Source: an uncultured Fibrobacter sp. (GTDB taxonomy: Bacteria > Fibrobacterota > Fibrobacteria > Fibrobacterales > Fibrobacteraceae). From it: a DNA stretch of 64,000 nt. The notes beneath the pieces were generated by a model. That model was not told the origin of the DNA, did not search any database, and saw only the letters and a program-made list of their open reading frames with translations. Position numbers and translations under genes: made by a program. Positions 63,751 through 64,000 of this stretch are shown here, piece after piece. The DNA is taken from NCBI RefSeq assembly GCF_947305105.1, contig NZ_CAMZCS010000011.1:13397-77396 (forward strand). The letters run 5' to 3'. Every line of letters starts with the position of its first letter. The first letter of the stretch is position 1.

Positions 63751-64000
63751 ATACAAACTATCAAAGGCAATACATGACCGCGAATGGCCGTATATGACAA
63801 GCGGCGTGTCATATAGAAAATTTTTTATAAAAGACATCAACTTTTTTAAATAAATTTCAAATTTTTCATTGCGCCCGAATACAAGGTGCGCGTGGTGGAC
63901 AAGGAAGCCGTCGAGTATTTTGACAGCTGGAAAAATCCGGTGGTTTGAGAATTAGCTCCGATGATGCCCGGCGCCACTCCGAGTAAAATGGCCAAGAGTT

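Noticed and set aside
63868-63948. A GC-rich, coding-like stretch translating to ..APEYKVRVVDKEAVEYFDSWKNPVV* with no start codon. A possible new ORF start (MMPGATPSKMAKS) follows at 63961.
   Set aside because: The first has no initiation codon in frame (a stop lies at 63847-63849), so at most it is a gene remnant. Too little sequence is available to identify either, so neither is reported as a feature.
1-64000. I searched for prophage or mobile-element genes (integrase, transposase, recombinase), tRNA/rRNA genes and CRISPR arrays.
   Set aside because: None is recognisable in the ORF translations or by eye in the intergenic regions. Only the TA pair and the small non-autonomous repeats hint at mobility.

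Overview
This is a 64-kb bacterial chromosomal window of about 50% GC and roughly 50 genes. Its content (type III glutamine synthetase, giant cadherin-repeat proteins, many Cys-rich lipoproteins, T9SS-like or basic C-terminal tails) suggests an FCB-group organism, plausibly Fibrobacter-like, but that is inference only. The housekeeping backbone comprises uvrC (partial), a ZapB-like gene with zapA, ackA, an ABC-F ATPase, a LysR regulator, divIVA with yggU-like, a Cache-HAMP-GGDEF cyclase, leuS, pflA, GS-III with a divergent sigma-54 activator, a fused membrane/spermidine-synthase protein, an ECF sigma module, a family-6 UDG, a small (p)ppGpp-hydrolase-like HD protein and pgi. By eye I found no rRNA, tRNA, CRISPR array, transposase or integrase.

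The most interesting content is listed below.
1. A five-gene tandem array (23.3-31.3 kb) encodes Cys-rich lipoprotein paralogs. Their DNA is a patchwork of near-identical and strongly diverged blocks, which looks like gene conversion or cassette shuffling.
2. A 1321-aa secreted zincin-vWA protein carries a CLCA/M64-type HExxHxxxGLxD(D/E)Y motif. It sits between about 0.75-kb direct repeats that encode a triplicated small secreted protein.
3. A standalone SIR2_2-type (defense-type) gene lies next to a histidine phosphatase.
4. A candidate 6S-like ncRNA lies just downstream of zapA.
5. A pervasive family of stop-rich, hairpin-forming 'word' repeats (REP/BIME/MITE-like) fills most intergenic gaps, including two inverted copies 51.6 kb apart.

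All functional calls come from motif recognition in the supplied translations, and no database searches were run.
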